From positions 204,352,001-204,416,000 of the forward strand of contig OX597814.1 in the NCBI GenBank assembly GCA_951406725.2: 64,000 bases of DNA. The letters are read 5' to 3'. Under the pieces are notes generated by a model. It worked only from the letters and a program-made list of their open reading frames with translations. It was not told the DNA's origin and made no database searches. Shown here one piece after another: positions 36,164 to 49,185 of the stretch (position 1 is the first letter of the stretch; the number at the start of each line of letters is the position of its first letter). The translations under genes and the position numbers were made by a program. The stretch comes from Octopus vulgaris (lineage: Eukaryota).

Positions 36164-38874
36164 CATGTGGAGAAATAAATATATATACATACACACACAC
36201 ACATACATGTACATATACATATGTGTATTGTGCAGATGTTTGCATTTGTTTATGCTTACACTCTATAAAATATATAGCTACAAATGGTGAAGTTGTCATT
36301 CCTCAACAAATCATCAACTGGGTACAGTTTTTGTTACATTTTTTTATACACTTACCTAGCAGTATCATTGTCTTGCGATTGTGTGATAGTTGTAACCAAA
36401 TGTTTAGTTGCATAAACGTGAGGGTTGGTGACAAGGAGATCTAATTGTAGAGAAACTACTTCAACAGACTCCATCTTTATCCACCCCATGCACATTTCCA
36501 TATACTCTTACCTAGAAGTATTTAAGTTGATTATTTTTTGTCTTGCAGTACTTGGTGACCCTGACAGAGTAGGTGCCACTTAAAAGCACCCAATCAACAC
36601 TGTAAAGTGGTTGGTGTTTGGAAGGACATCCAGCTGTAAAAACCTTGCCAGTGCTTGTGCCACGTAAAAATCCACTCTGCTGAGTGGTTGGTTTTAAGAA
36701 GGATATCCAGCTATAAAAATCCTGCCAAAACAGTCGCAGAAGTCTGGTGCAGGCTTCAACCTGGCCGGTTCTTTTGGTACCGTCCCTCCCATGCTAGCAT
36801 GGAAGACGAACGTTAAACAATGATGATAATGATACACTGACCTGAGAGCTCAACTGGTACTTATTTTATCAACCTCAAAAGGATGAAAGGTGATATTGGA
36901 CTCAGTAGAATTTGAACTCAGAATGTAAGGATTGACAAAATACCTCTGCGCATTTTGGCTGGCATGCTAACAATTCTGCCAGCTTCCCACCTTTAACAAC
37001 TCATCCTGCGTTAAAATTAAATTTTTCCAAAAATCTATTGTTGAATGTCGCATGGTATTTCAAGGTATTTCAGTCTGTCAGGTACTCTTGTCAAGAGAAA
37101 GGTGATTTAATTAGTCAAATATCATTATCATACAAGCAGTGTCATTTGTTTGCAATCTTCCGTGGAAACATATCTGACCCACACAAGCATGGAAAAGTGG
37201 ACATTAAAATGATGGCAGCAACTGATGAATCCCACCTGATTTCTGGATAGCCAGGGATATATGATTGGTTTTCAAAAGAGTTATTTCTTTTAAAAAAACA
37301 AAAAATCCATATTACTGTGGTTAACTTCTAGACTAGTGAGTCTCAACCAAGGTCTTTATGGCCCGGAGTGGGGGGGAGGGCATATAAGATTTTGCTATTA
37401 AAATTCATTGGTTATACTTCTACAATACACCAAATATTCTAATTTCTTTATACAATTCTCAATAATATTTACTTATAAAAGTACAATTGGATTTTTTAAA
37501 CATTCAATGGCTTGGGGGTCCACACAAATAAAACAGAAACTGGGGGGTGGGGCCCATAGGTTAAAAAATAGTTGAGAACCACTGATCTAGACAAAAGTAC
37601 GGATCTGTAGATAGTTCATAGTCATTCATGTGGAGAAATAAATATATATATATATACATACACACACACACACATACATGTACATATATATATGTGTATT
37701 GTGCAGGTGTTTGCATTTGTTTATGTTAACAAACCATCCACTGGTTTTTGCCTTCAAATGTGTGAAATAAAAATTCCTTTACTTGAAAAACAGGTACAGG
37801 TTAACTAAAGGAAAGGTATCTGGTTATAAAACAAGCAGCTGACTTAAAAAGCACCATTCACGCGTGATCGTTACCAGCATCGCCTTACTGGTACTTTTGC
37901 TGGTGGCACGTAAAAAAATATTTGAGCAAGGTCATTGCCAGTGCCGCTGGACTGGCTCGGGTGCAGGTGGCACATAGAAAACACCATTTGAGCAAGGCCA
38001 TTGCCAGTACCGCCTGACTGGCCCTCGTGCCGGTGGCACGTAAAATCACACACTACACTCTCAGAGTGGTTGGCATGGCATCCAGCTGTAGAAACTCTGC
38101 CAGATTGGATTGGAGCCAGGTGCAGCCTTCTGGTCTGCCAGTCCTCAGTCAAATCATCCAACCCATGCAAGCATGGAAAGTGCACATTAAACGATGATGA
38201 TGATGATGGTGATGAATTCATGGACACATTTGTCTAACACATGCTAGCATGGAAAAACATGTAAAAACAAATGAAAGAAAACCTTGTCATTTTTAATGAT
38301 GCTCTGTCTTGTATCCATAATATTGATTTCTTTCATTAAGGCACAAGTTGTATTTATAAGAAATGAAAATGTCTTCAGTTTTGAAGGCCTCTTGAAAGGC
38401 CACATTTAACATTAGCTTCAGGTGTACACTGGAAGAGAAATATAGAGCTCTTGTGACAGAATGCCTGTCTATCATAGACAGCATTCATATATATATATAT
38501 ATATATACTGCTTGACTGGTCCTCGTGCTGGTGGCACGTAAAAAGCACCCAGAACACTTTCAGAGTGGTTGGTGTTAGGAAGGGCATCCAGCTGTAGAAA
38601 CTTTGCCAGATCGGATTGGAGCCAGGTGCAGTCTTCTCGCTTGCCAGTCCTCAATCAAAGCATCCAACCCATGCCAGCATGGAAAGTGGATGTTAAACAA
38701 CAACGATGATATATGATGGGCTTCTTTCAGTTTCCATCTACCAAATCCACTCACAAGGCTTTGGTTGGCCCAAGGCTATAGTAGAAGACACTTGCCCAAG
38801 GTGCCATGCAATGGGACTGAACCCAGAACCATGTGGTTGGTAAGCCAGCTACTTACCACAGCTACTCTTGCACC

Positions 38875-38918
<44 letters not shown>

Positions 38919-41115
38919 TATATAATCAACATCCTCATCATTTTAACATCCACTTTTCCATGTTTGCATAGGGTGGATAGAGATGGAGTTTGTTGAGGTA
39001 GTTTCTCTATGGTTAGATCTCCTTGTCACCAACTTTCACCTGTATGTAAGTTAGTTAATATTGCCCCAAGGCAGCGAGCTGGCAGAATCGTTAGCATAAT
39101 GGGTGAAATGCTTAGCAGTATTTCGTCCACCATTATGTTTTGAGTTCAAATTCTGCCGAGGTCGACGTTGTCTTTTATCCTTTCAGGGTCGATTAAATAA
39201 GTACCAGTTACGCACTGGGGTCGATGTCATCAATTTAATCCCTTTGTTTGTCCCCTCTATGTTCAGCCCCCTGTGGGCAATAAAGAAATATTTTCCCAAG
39301 GTGAAGATTGAAAACAAAAGGACACTGCTTGTGAGATGGTGACATTTGTTTACAACTATCACACAATGGCAAGACAAGGAGATAGTAACATACCTATCCA
39401 TATTTATTATCTGGTACATATTTCCAACTGCAAGTGGTACTGAAAAAATGTATAATGGGTGCAAGCATGACTTGGTGTCACAACTAGAGTTTCAAGTTCA
39501 ACTCCACAGCATGGCATCTAGCACAAGTGTCTTCTACCATAACCTTGGATTATTAAAGCTTTTGAGTGAAATTTAGTAGAGAGAAATTGTGTGGAGCATG
39601 GCTGAGCGATCATTTTTATCCATGAGTGGTGGACAATATGTTCCCTAGTTCATCCTAACACTTTACAAAAATTGGCAATCAGATTTCCTGCAACTTTTAT
39701 GCATTGAATAGGATTAGATTGCCTATGTTCAGTCTACTGCAGGACAAAGGCCTCAACATGTTCTCTACACCAATCAGAGTCTGATGTGAAGGCCATGAAT
39801 TTGAGCTTGAGATCATACTAGTGTGATGAGCCTATTCTGCCTCAACAGTGGGGTACAGTTTTTGTTACATTTTTTTTTTATACTCTTACCTAGCAGTATC
39901 CTTGTCTTGTGATTGTGTGATAGTTGTAAACAAATGTCACCATCTCACAAGCAGTGTCTTTTGTCTTCAATCTTCTGTGAAGATATGCTTCACCTTGGGG
40001 AAATATTGCCTTAGTTGCATACAGGTGAGGGTTGGTGACCCTGTCAGTGCAGGTGCCACTTAAAAGCACCCAATCCACACTGTAAAGTGGTTGGTGTTTG
40101 GAAGGGCATCCAGCTGTAAAAACCTTTCCTGTGCTTGTGCCACGTAAAAAGCACTAAATCCACTCTGCTGAGTGGTTGGTTTTAGGAAGGATATCCAGCT
40201 ATAAAAATCCTGCCAAAACAATTGCAGAAGTCTGGTGCAGGCTTCGGTTGGCTGGTTCTTTTGGTACCGTCCCTCCCATGCTAGCATAGAAGACGAACGT
40301 TAAACAATGATGATAATGATACACTGACCTGAGAGCTCAACTGGTACTTATTTTATCAACCTCAAAAGGATGAAAGGTGATATTGGACTCAGTAGAATTT
40401 GAACTCAGAATGTAAGGATTGACAAAATACCTCTGCGCATTTTGGCTGGCATGCTAACAATTCTGCCAGCTTCTCACCTTTAACAACTCATCCTGCGTTA
40501 AAATTAAATTTTTCCAAAAATCTATTGTTGAACGTCACATGGTATTTCAAGGTATTTCAATCTGTCAGGTACTCTTGTCAAGAGAAAGGTGATTTAATTA
40601 GTCAAATATCATTATCATACAAGCAGTGCCGTTTGTTTGCAATCTTCCATGGAAACATATCTGACCCAGACAAGCATGGAAAAGTGGACATTAAAATGAT
40701 GGCAGCAACTGATGAATCCCACCTGATTTCTGGATAGGCAGGGATATATGATTGGTTTTCAAAAGAGTTGTTTCTTTTAAAAAAACAAAAAATCCATATT
40801 ACTGTGGTTAACATCTAGACTAGTGAGTCTCAACCAGGGTCTTTATGGCCCGGAGCGGGAAGGGGGGCATATAAGATTTTGCTATTAAAATTCATTGGTT
40901 ATATTTCTACAATACACCAAATATTCTAATTTCTTTATACAATTCTCAATAATATTTAATTATAAAAGTACAATAGGATTCTTTAAACATTCAATGGCTT
41001 GAGGGTCCACACAAATAAAACAGGAACCAGGGGGTGGAGCCCATAGGTTAAAAAATAGTTGAGAACCACTGATCTAGACAAAAGTATGGATCTGTAGATT
41101 GTTCATAGTCATTCA
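36164..41115. repeat. Tandem duplication: unit A about 36164-37625, unit B about 37626-41115
   Basis: 36164-36258 aligns to 37626-37730; 36320-36402 to 39851-39937; 36552-37627 to 40032-41115. Unit B has about 2.1 kb extra, mostly SINEs. Confidence 0.9.
40821..41071. mobile_element. hAT (Charlie/MER5-like) MITE; duplicate at 37334-37584
   Basis: TAGTGAGTCTCAAC...GTTGAGAACCACTG with 8-bp TSD ATCTAGAC (NTCTAGAN preference). Related pieces near 5870-6140, 29150-29285, 50590-50900. Confidence 0.8.
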
Positions 41116-41631
41116 ACATAATCTCAGCAGATCTTGTCTTCCACAACAACAATTAAAGAAATAAATACATAATTTTATTTAAAATTTCTTAAAATAATTT
41201 CTAGATATTTTTTAATATTAAATATCACTTATAAACATTGCAAATCAATTTTATACAGAAGAAATTGTAATTTTGTGACATTCATACTTTTCCCAAGGCA
41301 ATTTCGTACCAAAAACAGATTCCTACAAGGAATCAAACCTGGAGTGTAGATTCAGTTGTATGTGAACTTAATACTGCAGACTCTGTTGCATATGGACTTA
41401 ATACTGCACCAACATATCAAAAAATTTGCCGCACATATTAATCATCACCATTATCTATTTACATCTAAACAATGGAAAAATCTTCAGCAATTCTTTGTAT
41501 TTGTCTTTTGTCCATTTCAGTGTGCTAATTCTTTTAGCACCATTTCTCTTCTCATTACTACCAGACTGGATATAATTTTCGATAAAACAAATGTTTTGTT
41601 TTTAAATATTTAATGCTTTTTGCTAGGTATA

Positions 41632-41706
41632 TTACGATTCTGAGATATCAGGAACTTGTGTGCTGATACGTAAACCATGCATGTCTTTTATTTCATCTGC
41701 CAAAGC
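41632..41706 (-). CDS. BOLA3: BolA-like protein 3, coding exon 4 of 4
   Basis: ALADEIKDMHGLRISTQVPDISES*; long polypyrimidine tract and tag| acceptor; not in the ORF track. Confidence 0.95.
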   Translation of the reverse strand, partial: ALADEIKDMHGLRISTQVPDISES

Positions 41707-42098
41707 CTAAAAAAAGAAAAAAGAAAAAAGAAATAAAAAGTAGAAAACAGTCATTACTCTGTATGGAAACTTTCTCTCAATTCCTAATTTACTAACTTTC
41801 TATGAAGAACACACATACATACAGACACACATAATAGGCTTTTTCCAATTTCCATCTACCAAATCCATTCACAAGGCTTTGGTCAACCTGGGACTATACT
41901 AAGACACATGACCAAGGTGCTGTGCAATAGAACTGAACCTAAGAGTGCATAGTTGGGAAACAAGCTTCTCAACCACACTGCCATGATTGCACCTGTACAG
42001 CAAATAATATACACTCATTCTTCTTGTCCTTATGTTAGTAATAATTTTCAATTGTAATTAAGAGTTATTGTGAATATATCAGTGAATGTAAAAACCTG

Positions 42099-42130
<32 letters not shown>

Positions 42131-42783
42131 TCAGGAATAGCTGGAAAATGCAGTGATGGAAATACAAAGTAGTGAAGAACAAAAAAGACAAAAAACTTAG
42201 TAAATTATCATCTTTGAATCTTCGACAACAGGATCCAAGGAGCTGGAGGACTATACTGAGCTTTATTGTCAGTTTTGGTATGGTTTCTACAGCTGGTTGC
42301 CCTTCATATTGCCATATATGTATCCATGCAATACATCCACACACACACACACACACACTGTCAAATCAATCACTAATTAACGTAAGATTATTGACAATGT
42401 TCATGCTCTTCAATGTCTCTTTCAGATGGTTTTGCAGCATTGCACGGGGCAGCCACATGATGTCTTGCCACTGCTGAGTTTGATGTACAAGGTTTGGGTT
42501 GACATGACATGCCCTTCTAAGGCAATGTACGATGACGGCCTCAATGCTGTTGGTTTTAACCTCTTCAAGGACTACTTTAACCAAGACCTCTACCAACTGT
42601 CAGATGTGACCTCTGTGTGCAATTGTTCCATGCAAAAAGTAACCTTGTCAGCCATCGACATAAACAAAGTACTACAAACAAAAAGAGAAATACTCGGAAA
42701 GAAGGATGATGATTATTGTCAATAATCTTGTCAAATTCATTTATAGTATGTATATAAAAGAAAATATTTCCAATGTCTTTTAC

Positions 42784-42872
42784 CTTATTTACCATACGGT
42801 GTTGTGTAAGCATATTTTTTCCTTGGAAGTCTTCACTTTCAACAAAAATTTCATACATTGCACCACAACCAC
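42784..42872 (-). CDS. BOLA3: BolA-like protein 3, coding exon 3 of 4
   Basis: (G)GCGAMYEIFVESEDFQGKNMLTQHRMVNK, the SGGCG BolA3 signature; cag| and |gtaaag. Confidence 0.97.
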
Positions 42873-43092
42873 CTGAAAAAAAAATCATTTAGTTATGACA
42901 ACTTTCTGGAAATTTAAACACATACAAGTAACAACATCTCACTTATTTTTTTAGCTTTCTATGGTTTAGTCAGAGAAGGAAAAGCCACACTCACAACGAT
43001 ATTTCAAGTCCTCTGTGACTTATAGAAGGGAAGACATTATCCGCAGGCTTGAGATGTGATCCCAATGCTTGCAACAAAGTGAATTCTATTAA

Positions 43093-43292
43093 CTCTTTCG
43101 TTACCATATTTATTTTGAAATGCTTTGTGTTTCTTTGAATCATTTAAAAATATAACAAAAATTTAGTAAAACAACTCAGTTATCATTAAGCTAGTGTAAA
43201 AAACATAAATTGCGACTAAGGTTTGGTGGAAGATTTTAATTCAAAACTTACAAGGCATCTGTACTACAGAGCCAGAGTTGGTTTCGAAAGGG
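43093..43292. mobile_element. piggyBac-like MITE
   Basis: TTAA|CTCTTTCG...CGAAAGGG|TTAA. Confidence 0.7.
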
Positions 43293-44168
43293 TTAAAGAC
43301 ATCCAAGAACCACAGAACTTCAAGCTAAACATTAATCATATCAATTTTACCTGTTTGGGAGAACTGCAAACGTCTTCAGAATTTGTTTCTTCATTCTACA
43401 TTTATTTTCCACGGTAGCTAGCACAGGTAAATGAACTTTTAACTGAGGCATTGCTTTACAGGTGAATGCCATTCTAGTCACTGGTGCTTTTAAATAAGAT
43501 ATCTCTTATTCTACATGGCTTCAAAAGCACAAAATAAGTGGGTGATTTATTGACTAAAAATGACAAAAGCCACATTGTTGTTTCCAATCTTCATAGAGGA
43601 CAAATGTAAATATACAGACATATATTTACACATACACATTTGTATATAAACATAATACACACACACACACACACATATATATATAGGTGCCGTTATACCT
43701 GTGTCATTAAAAAGCTTGTTTTCCAACCATAGGATTTTTGACTTAGTCTCATGGTATGGTACCTAGAGGAAGTGTCTTCAATAGCATGTTTGATAGATGG
43801 AAATAGAAACAAAGAAATTTGTGTGTATATCATAAGTGCTTGTAAGTGTTGTGTCTCCATGTGATAGCTGTAAATGAGTATCACCATCACAGTGTCATTT
43901 GTTTTAAATCTTAAATAAAAACAAGTCCAGCCATGGGGAAATATTATTTTGATTGGAAACAAGGTGAGAGTTGGTACCAGAAAGAGCAGCCAGCCTTAGA
44001 AAATCTGCTTCAAGAAATATCACCAGACTCATGCAAGCAGCCATTTCTATATGCTGAAGTCTCCACAATTTAATTCATTTTATACAAACCTAATTTCATA
44101 ATTCAAATATAACTGAACTAAATATTATCAAGTTTAACGAAATGGGGGTTGATTAGTAGAATCATTAG

Positions 44169-44362
44169 CCCTTTAGCATTCAGATTATTCTGCCAAATGT
44201 TTTAAATTAATCAGGCATCATCTTGTAACTTTGAGATTTCTATGTGACTCGTTATTTTTGAATGACACTGTAGGGTAGGTGTAAGAGGCCAGATCTGGTT
44301 AGTTTGAACATAAAGCAGGTAGAATGTTTGAGCCAGATATGGCTGGTTTAAATGCTAAAGGG
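44169..44362. mobile_element. piggyBac-like MITE
   Basis: TIR CCCTTTAGCATT / AATGCTAAAGGG, flanked by TTAG on both sides. Confidence 0.75.
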
Positions 44363-44739
44363 TTAGAGAATCAGATGAAATGCTTTGTGGTACTGGTCTT
44401 CAGTTCAAATCCATCTAAATTCAACTTTACTTTTCATCCTTCAAGAGTTGATAAATCAAAATAGCAGTCAAGTTCTGAGGTAGATTCAGTCAAATAACCT
44501 CTACCCCAAAGTTTTTGACCATTCTGCCTACATTGAAAATTATGGTTATTATGTCCCTCAAAGAAAAATCTACAGGATATGGCATTTGTGTTGTTGTTTG
44601 ACCCCAGGTCAGACCTAACAACTGAGTCCAGATTTATGATCAAAAACATACAAATCATGAGTACCCCTATTTTTTCAGCAGGGATAGCACACTCCACACT
44701 ATATTACTGCGTCTGAAAACTTGTTGTGTACATATACAG

Positions 44740-44770
<31 letters not shown>

Positions 44771-46927
44771 TTTCATTTGTTTGTTATCTGACTGTGGCCA
44801 TGTTGGAGCAATGCCTTTAGTCAAGCAAATCAACCCTAGGACTTATTCTTTGTAAACTAGTACTTTTTCTATCCGTCTCTTTTGCCAAACCACTAAGTAA
44901 TGGGGATGTAAACACACCACCATTGGTTGTCAAGCGATGGTGGGGGGAACAAACACACACACACACACGCATATATAAATATATATTACAAGCTTCTTTT
45001 AGTTTCCGTCTCCCAAATCCACTCACAAAGCTTTGGTTGGCCTGAGGCTATAGTAGAAGACACTTGCTCAAGGTGCCACGCAGTGGGACTGAACCTAGAA
45101 CCATGTGTTTGGTAACATCATCATTGGACAGTTTGATAGGAGCTGGCAAGACTGGGAGCCATACCAGGTTCCATTGTTTTGATATGGCTTCTACAGCTGA
45201 ACGCCCTTCCTAACACCTAACACCAACTACTTTACAGAGTATCTGGGTGTTTTTTATGTGGCACCTCTCCAACAGGCTCACAAAGTACTTTGCAAGGTGT
45301 GTGTGTGTGTGTCTTAGTCCTCACCATTTAACAAATGGTGCTGGTTTATGTCCTTGTAACCTAATGGATCAGCTAAAAAGAATAATACCAGAGTTAAAAA
45401 CATGTGCTGTGGTTAATTCGTTTGATGAAACCCATCAAGGCAGTGTCCCGGCATGGCCACTGTCCAATGACTGAAACAAGTAAAAGATAAAAGATAGCAA
45501 TGTGATTTTAGGAATATCTGGCTACTATTTCTAGCAGGTGGAGTGACCTCACAGGAGCTCTGTCATTGTCCACCTTATGTTCAAACAACAAACATTAATG
45601 ACATGAGTAGATGAGAAGGAGATAATCTCATAATACAGCAGAAGAACAAAGTTACGTAATAAAAAGTTACAGTGACAGACCACATGTGACATCATTTCAC
45701 TTTCTGAATAATCCTTTCTACTATAGGTACAAGATCTGAAATTTAAGGGGATCGGGGAGCTAGTCAATTACATCAGTCCCATTGTTCAACTGATATTTAT
45801 TTTATCAACCCCAGCAACATTTAAACTCTGAACATAAAGACAGATGAAATACTGCTAAGTATTTTGTCCGGCATGGTAGCATTTTGACCAGCTTGCCACC
45901 TTCCGAATAATGTTGGAGTTAAAAGCAAGGAAACTGATAAACTGGTGCTTTCAAACCGAAATATCTTATAGGCATATGTTCAGCCCATGTTACACAGACA
46001 CTCCCTTACTTATGCCTTTGTAAATGCTATAAAACCTTTAACCAATGATATTATTATTCTTTTTTAATGATTTGCTTATTTCAATTACTGGACTGTGGCC
46101 ATGCTTGGCCAACATGTTGAAAAGTTTTTTAGTTAATCAAATTTACCAGAATACTTATCTTAAGCCTGGCACTTATTGTATTGATCTTTTTTTGCCAAAC
46201 TACTAAGTTACAGACACACAAAGAAAACCATGCAGCTTACCAAGTAGAGAGAGACAAATACACAGACACACACACACATCTAATAAGCTTCACACAGTTT
46301 CCATCAACCAATTCTACTCAAAGTATTTGTTGACCCAGAACTATAGTAGAAGACACTTGCCTAAATGTACCACACAGTGGAACTGAACTCAAAGTCATCA
46401 TTTAGAAAGTATGAGGGCTAGGAAATCACAGGACAGTCATTTGTTTCTTCTTATGGGGTCTCAGTAACTTACAGTTGCGACAGTTGTCCCTATTTGTATG
46501 GTTGTTTATTTCAGTGGTACTTAAAACAGAGCATTGCAGTGGCATCTAGGTGCACTGCAGATTTTTAAGAACTAAAACTTTATTATTCCTGCTTGAGCAT
46601 CTTAAATAAGTTAATTTCCATCATCATTATTTAACATCCACTTTTCCATGTTTGCATGGATCAAATGGAATTTGTTGAGGCAGATTTTTAATGGATGGAT
46701 ATCCTTTCTGTTACCAACCCTCACTAATTTCCAAAGGTAAGTAATTACAGAGGATCAAGACAAAAATAGAATTCGTGATCATCATCATCTTTGTATCTTC
46801 CCTTTTGTTTAAAAGCTATTAAGGTTTCATCTGGGAAGAATGCGCTAGAAAAGAAGTATGATTATTAGGTATGAGGTTGTCTTTAATATCTACAGACTTT
46901 AAGTTATCATAAAAGAAAGAAACACAC

Positions 46928-47057
46928 CTGATATGTCAGCAACTTCAATCTGTGAAGCAAGTGGAAACTTCTGTTTGAGAATATTAATTATGATTTTCTC
47001 ACCATCTGTGTAAGTTTTGGTACAGAAATATCTTATGGAATGGGGAGTTCTTAAAAT
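46928..47057 (-). CDS. BOLA3: BolA-like protein 3, coding exon 2 of 4
   Basis: ILRTPHSIRYFCTKTYTDGEKIIINILKQKFPLASQIEVADIS(G); ttttgtag| and CAG|gtgtgt; phase fits exon 3. Confidence 0.95.
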
Positions 47058-47617
47058 CTACAAAAGAATGTTTAGCAAAGAATTTATCAAAATACTGCCT
47101 AGAGTTTTACTAAGCGTTTCACAACCATTGACATTAAACAACATATCGTTGTTTTTATGAGTATTACCAACATGTAAAATAAATGTTATACCTTGTTACC
47201 ATTAATGTGTTATTTTATGGTGAACATTCCTCCTATGGTCTATATTAACCCTGAAATAGCTGATTTCTAAGGGGTCAGGAAGTATTTCAGCCTTAAATGA
47301 GATCAACTCTGCTTTTCATCCTTTTGGCGGGCAACAATAAAGTACCAATTCAGGGCAGTTGATGTTGGTATTTGTTGCAGCTCTTTGTAATGAGTTCAAA
47401 TTCCACCAAGATCTGCTTGGATTGTGGACTGAATTTACCATTATTAATTGGTCATGGTATGCCTTTAGAAGAATCCACTTTGCTGCCAGCATTTGGACCC
47501 AGTACATGATGTGTAAATACCATCCTCCTTCCCACCAGTCCCAGAAGCCCTGTAGTGAGCTATGAATCATGAACACTGCCTTCAGTTCTGACTGAAAGAT
47601 AAGAGAAAAAGTAGAAA

Positions 47618-47662
<45 letters not shown>

Positions 47663-49134
47663 TTCCCTTCTACACACCTGTGAAAATGTGCACCTCTCAT
47701 ATTTAAATTACCACCAACATCATGATCTGCCAGATAGTGAAGATCAAACACCAACATTCTCCAATTACTGACATATTACCAAACTCAGACTAATTGGCTT
47801 ACGCAAGTGATAGCAGTTGTTGTTTAGTTCCAAGTATTCATGATGAACCAGAGCTATAACAAAAGGTGTTCAGGCTATCTCGCCTATTTGTAGAGGCATC
47901 TAGAACTAGGTTGTCTAATGTGTTTTAAGAATGCAGGGTAAGAGTTGAAGATTTGGCTGCTATTTCTAGTTGGTCGAACCCACAGTTTCCTTTTGAAGGT
48001 AAAATGTTGACTTGATAAAACATGAGAAGTAGATGTTATATAATGGACAAGGTCAGAATAACACAACAGAAACTGAAGTACTTCTTTCTGACTCGTAATT
48101 CCCGTTGTATGAAACACAAGAATACTTAAAAAATGAGGGTGCAAACATGATTCTATACCCATTTCTTTCCCCATAAGGGTGGAATACCTCCACATAAAAG
48201 TACTACAGCTGATTTAATATTTTTAATTTAAAAAAAAAGTATTGTAGATCCTCAATCTAATAATGCTTAAAACATAAAAATTTGGACCCAGATATTTTTT
48301 TTTTTAAAAAGCCACAATAGAAATGTCGGAAAGGGTTTTTAAAAATTCACATTTAAACGAAATTAATGAAATGAAATACAAAAACATTAATACAAACTAA
48401 GAGAAATTCCCTAAGATAATCTTCCCCAAAAATATCACCTTCAAATGTACAAGTCAAAATATTTCGACCTTCTTCCACTTGTTTCACTTTGGCTAGGTAC
48501 CAGATATCAAAGTAGGAGAAGGGTACAACACAATGTGATAAAAAGACATTAACCTGTTTATTTATTTATCAAACTTCGTTTTTGTATTTGGTTTGTAAGA
48601 CTTTTTATGTGAATTCGTATATTGAAGCATATTGTGTTTGAGGAGAGTCATTTTGTTTTAATGCCTTATTAATTAACACACACACGGGATCGACTTCCAC
48701 TTATTTATTTATTTTTCCTAAAATTTTCGTTGCTTCTTGCAACCTCTTCAACGAGTATTAAAAACAGAATAACTCTCCCCTGACGCAATAAAATATTTAT
48801 CAAATGTTATAAATATATAAGATAAGGGGGCATTTATAGTTTCGAAATATTGAAATATGTCTCCCAATCAATGTTCCTTGTTCTGACATAAATTCATAAA
48901 TGAAATGCTAAATATATTTAATGAGATACCAATTCCATTCATTGCTAAACTGAAAATAAACTACTGAAATGATCACATTTTTTCCTCGCAAAAAAAAGCT
49001 TTTGTCAAGCAATTATATAACTGAAAAGTCAGTTTTTCGGTGACTAAAAATATCAATTAATCCTTTAAAATTAATTTTTAGCTATTTCTTTTGCAATTAA
49101 CCATATACATATATAAATAAACAGTATTTCTAAC

Positions 49135-49185
49135 CTGAGTGGGTGAGAAAAGCAATCGAGAAATTTGAGAAATTCTGGGAAACAT
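49135..49185 (-). CDS. BOLA3: BolA-like protein 3, coding exon 1 of 4 (mitochondrial presequence-like)
   Basis: caacATG MFPRISQISRLLFSPTQ, donor CAG|gttaga, phase 0 matches exon 2; Arg/Ser-rich with no acidic residues; total CDS 345 nt = 114 aa + stop. Confidence 0.8.
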
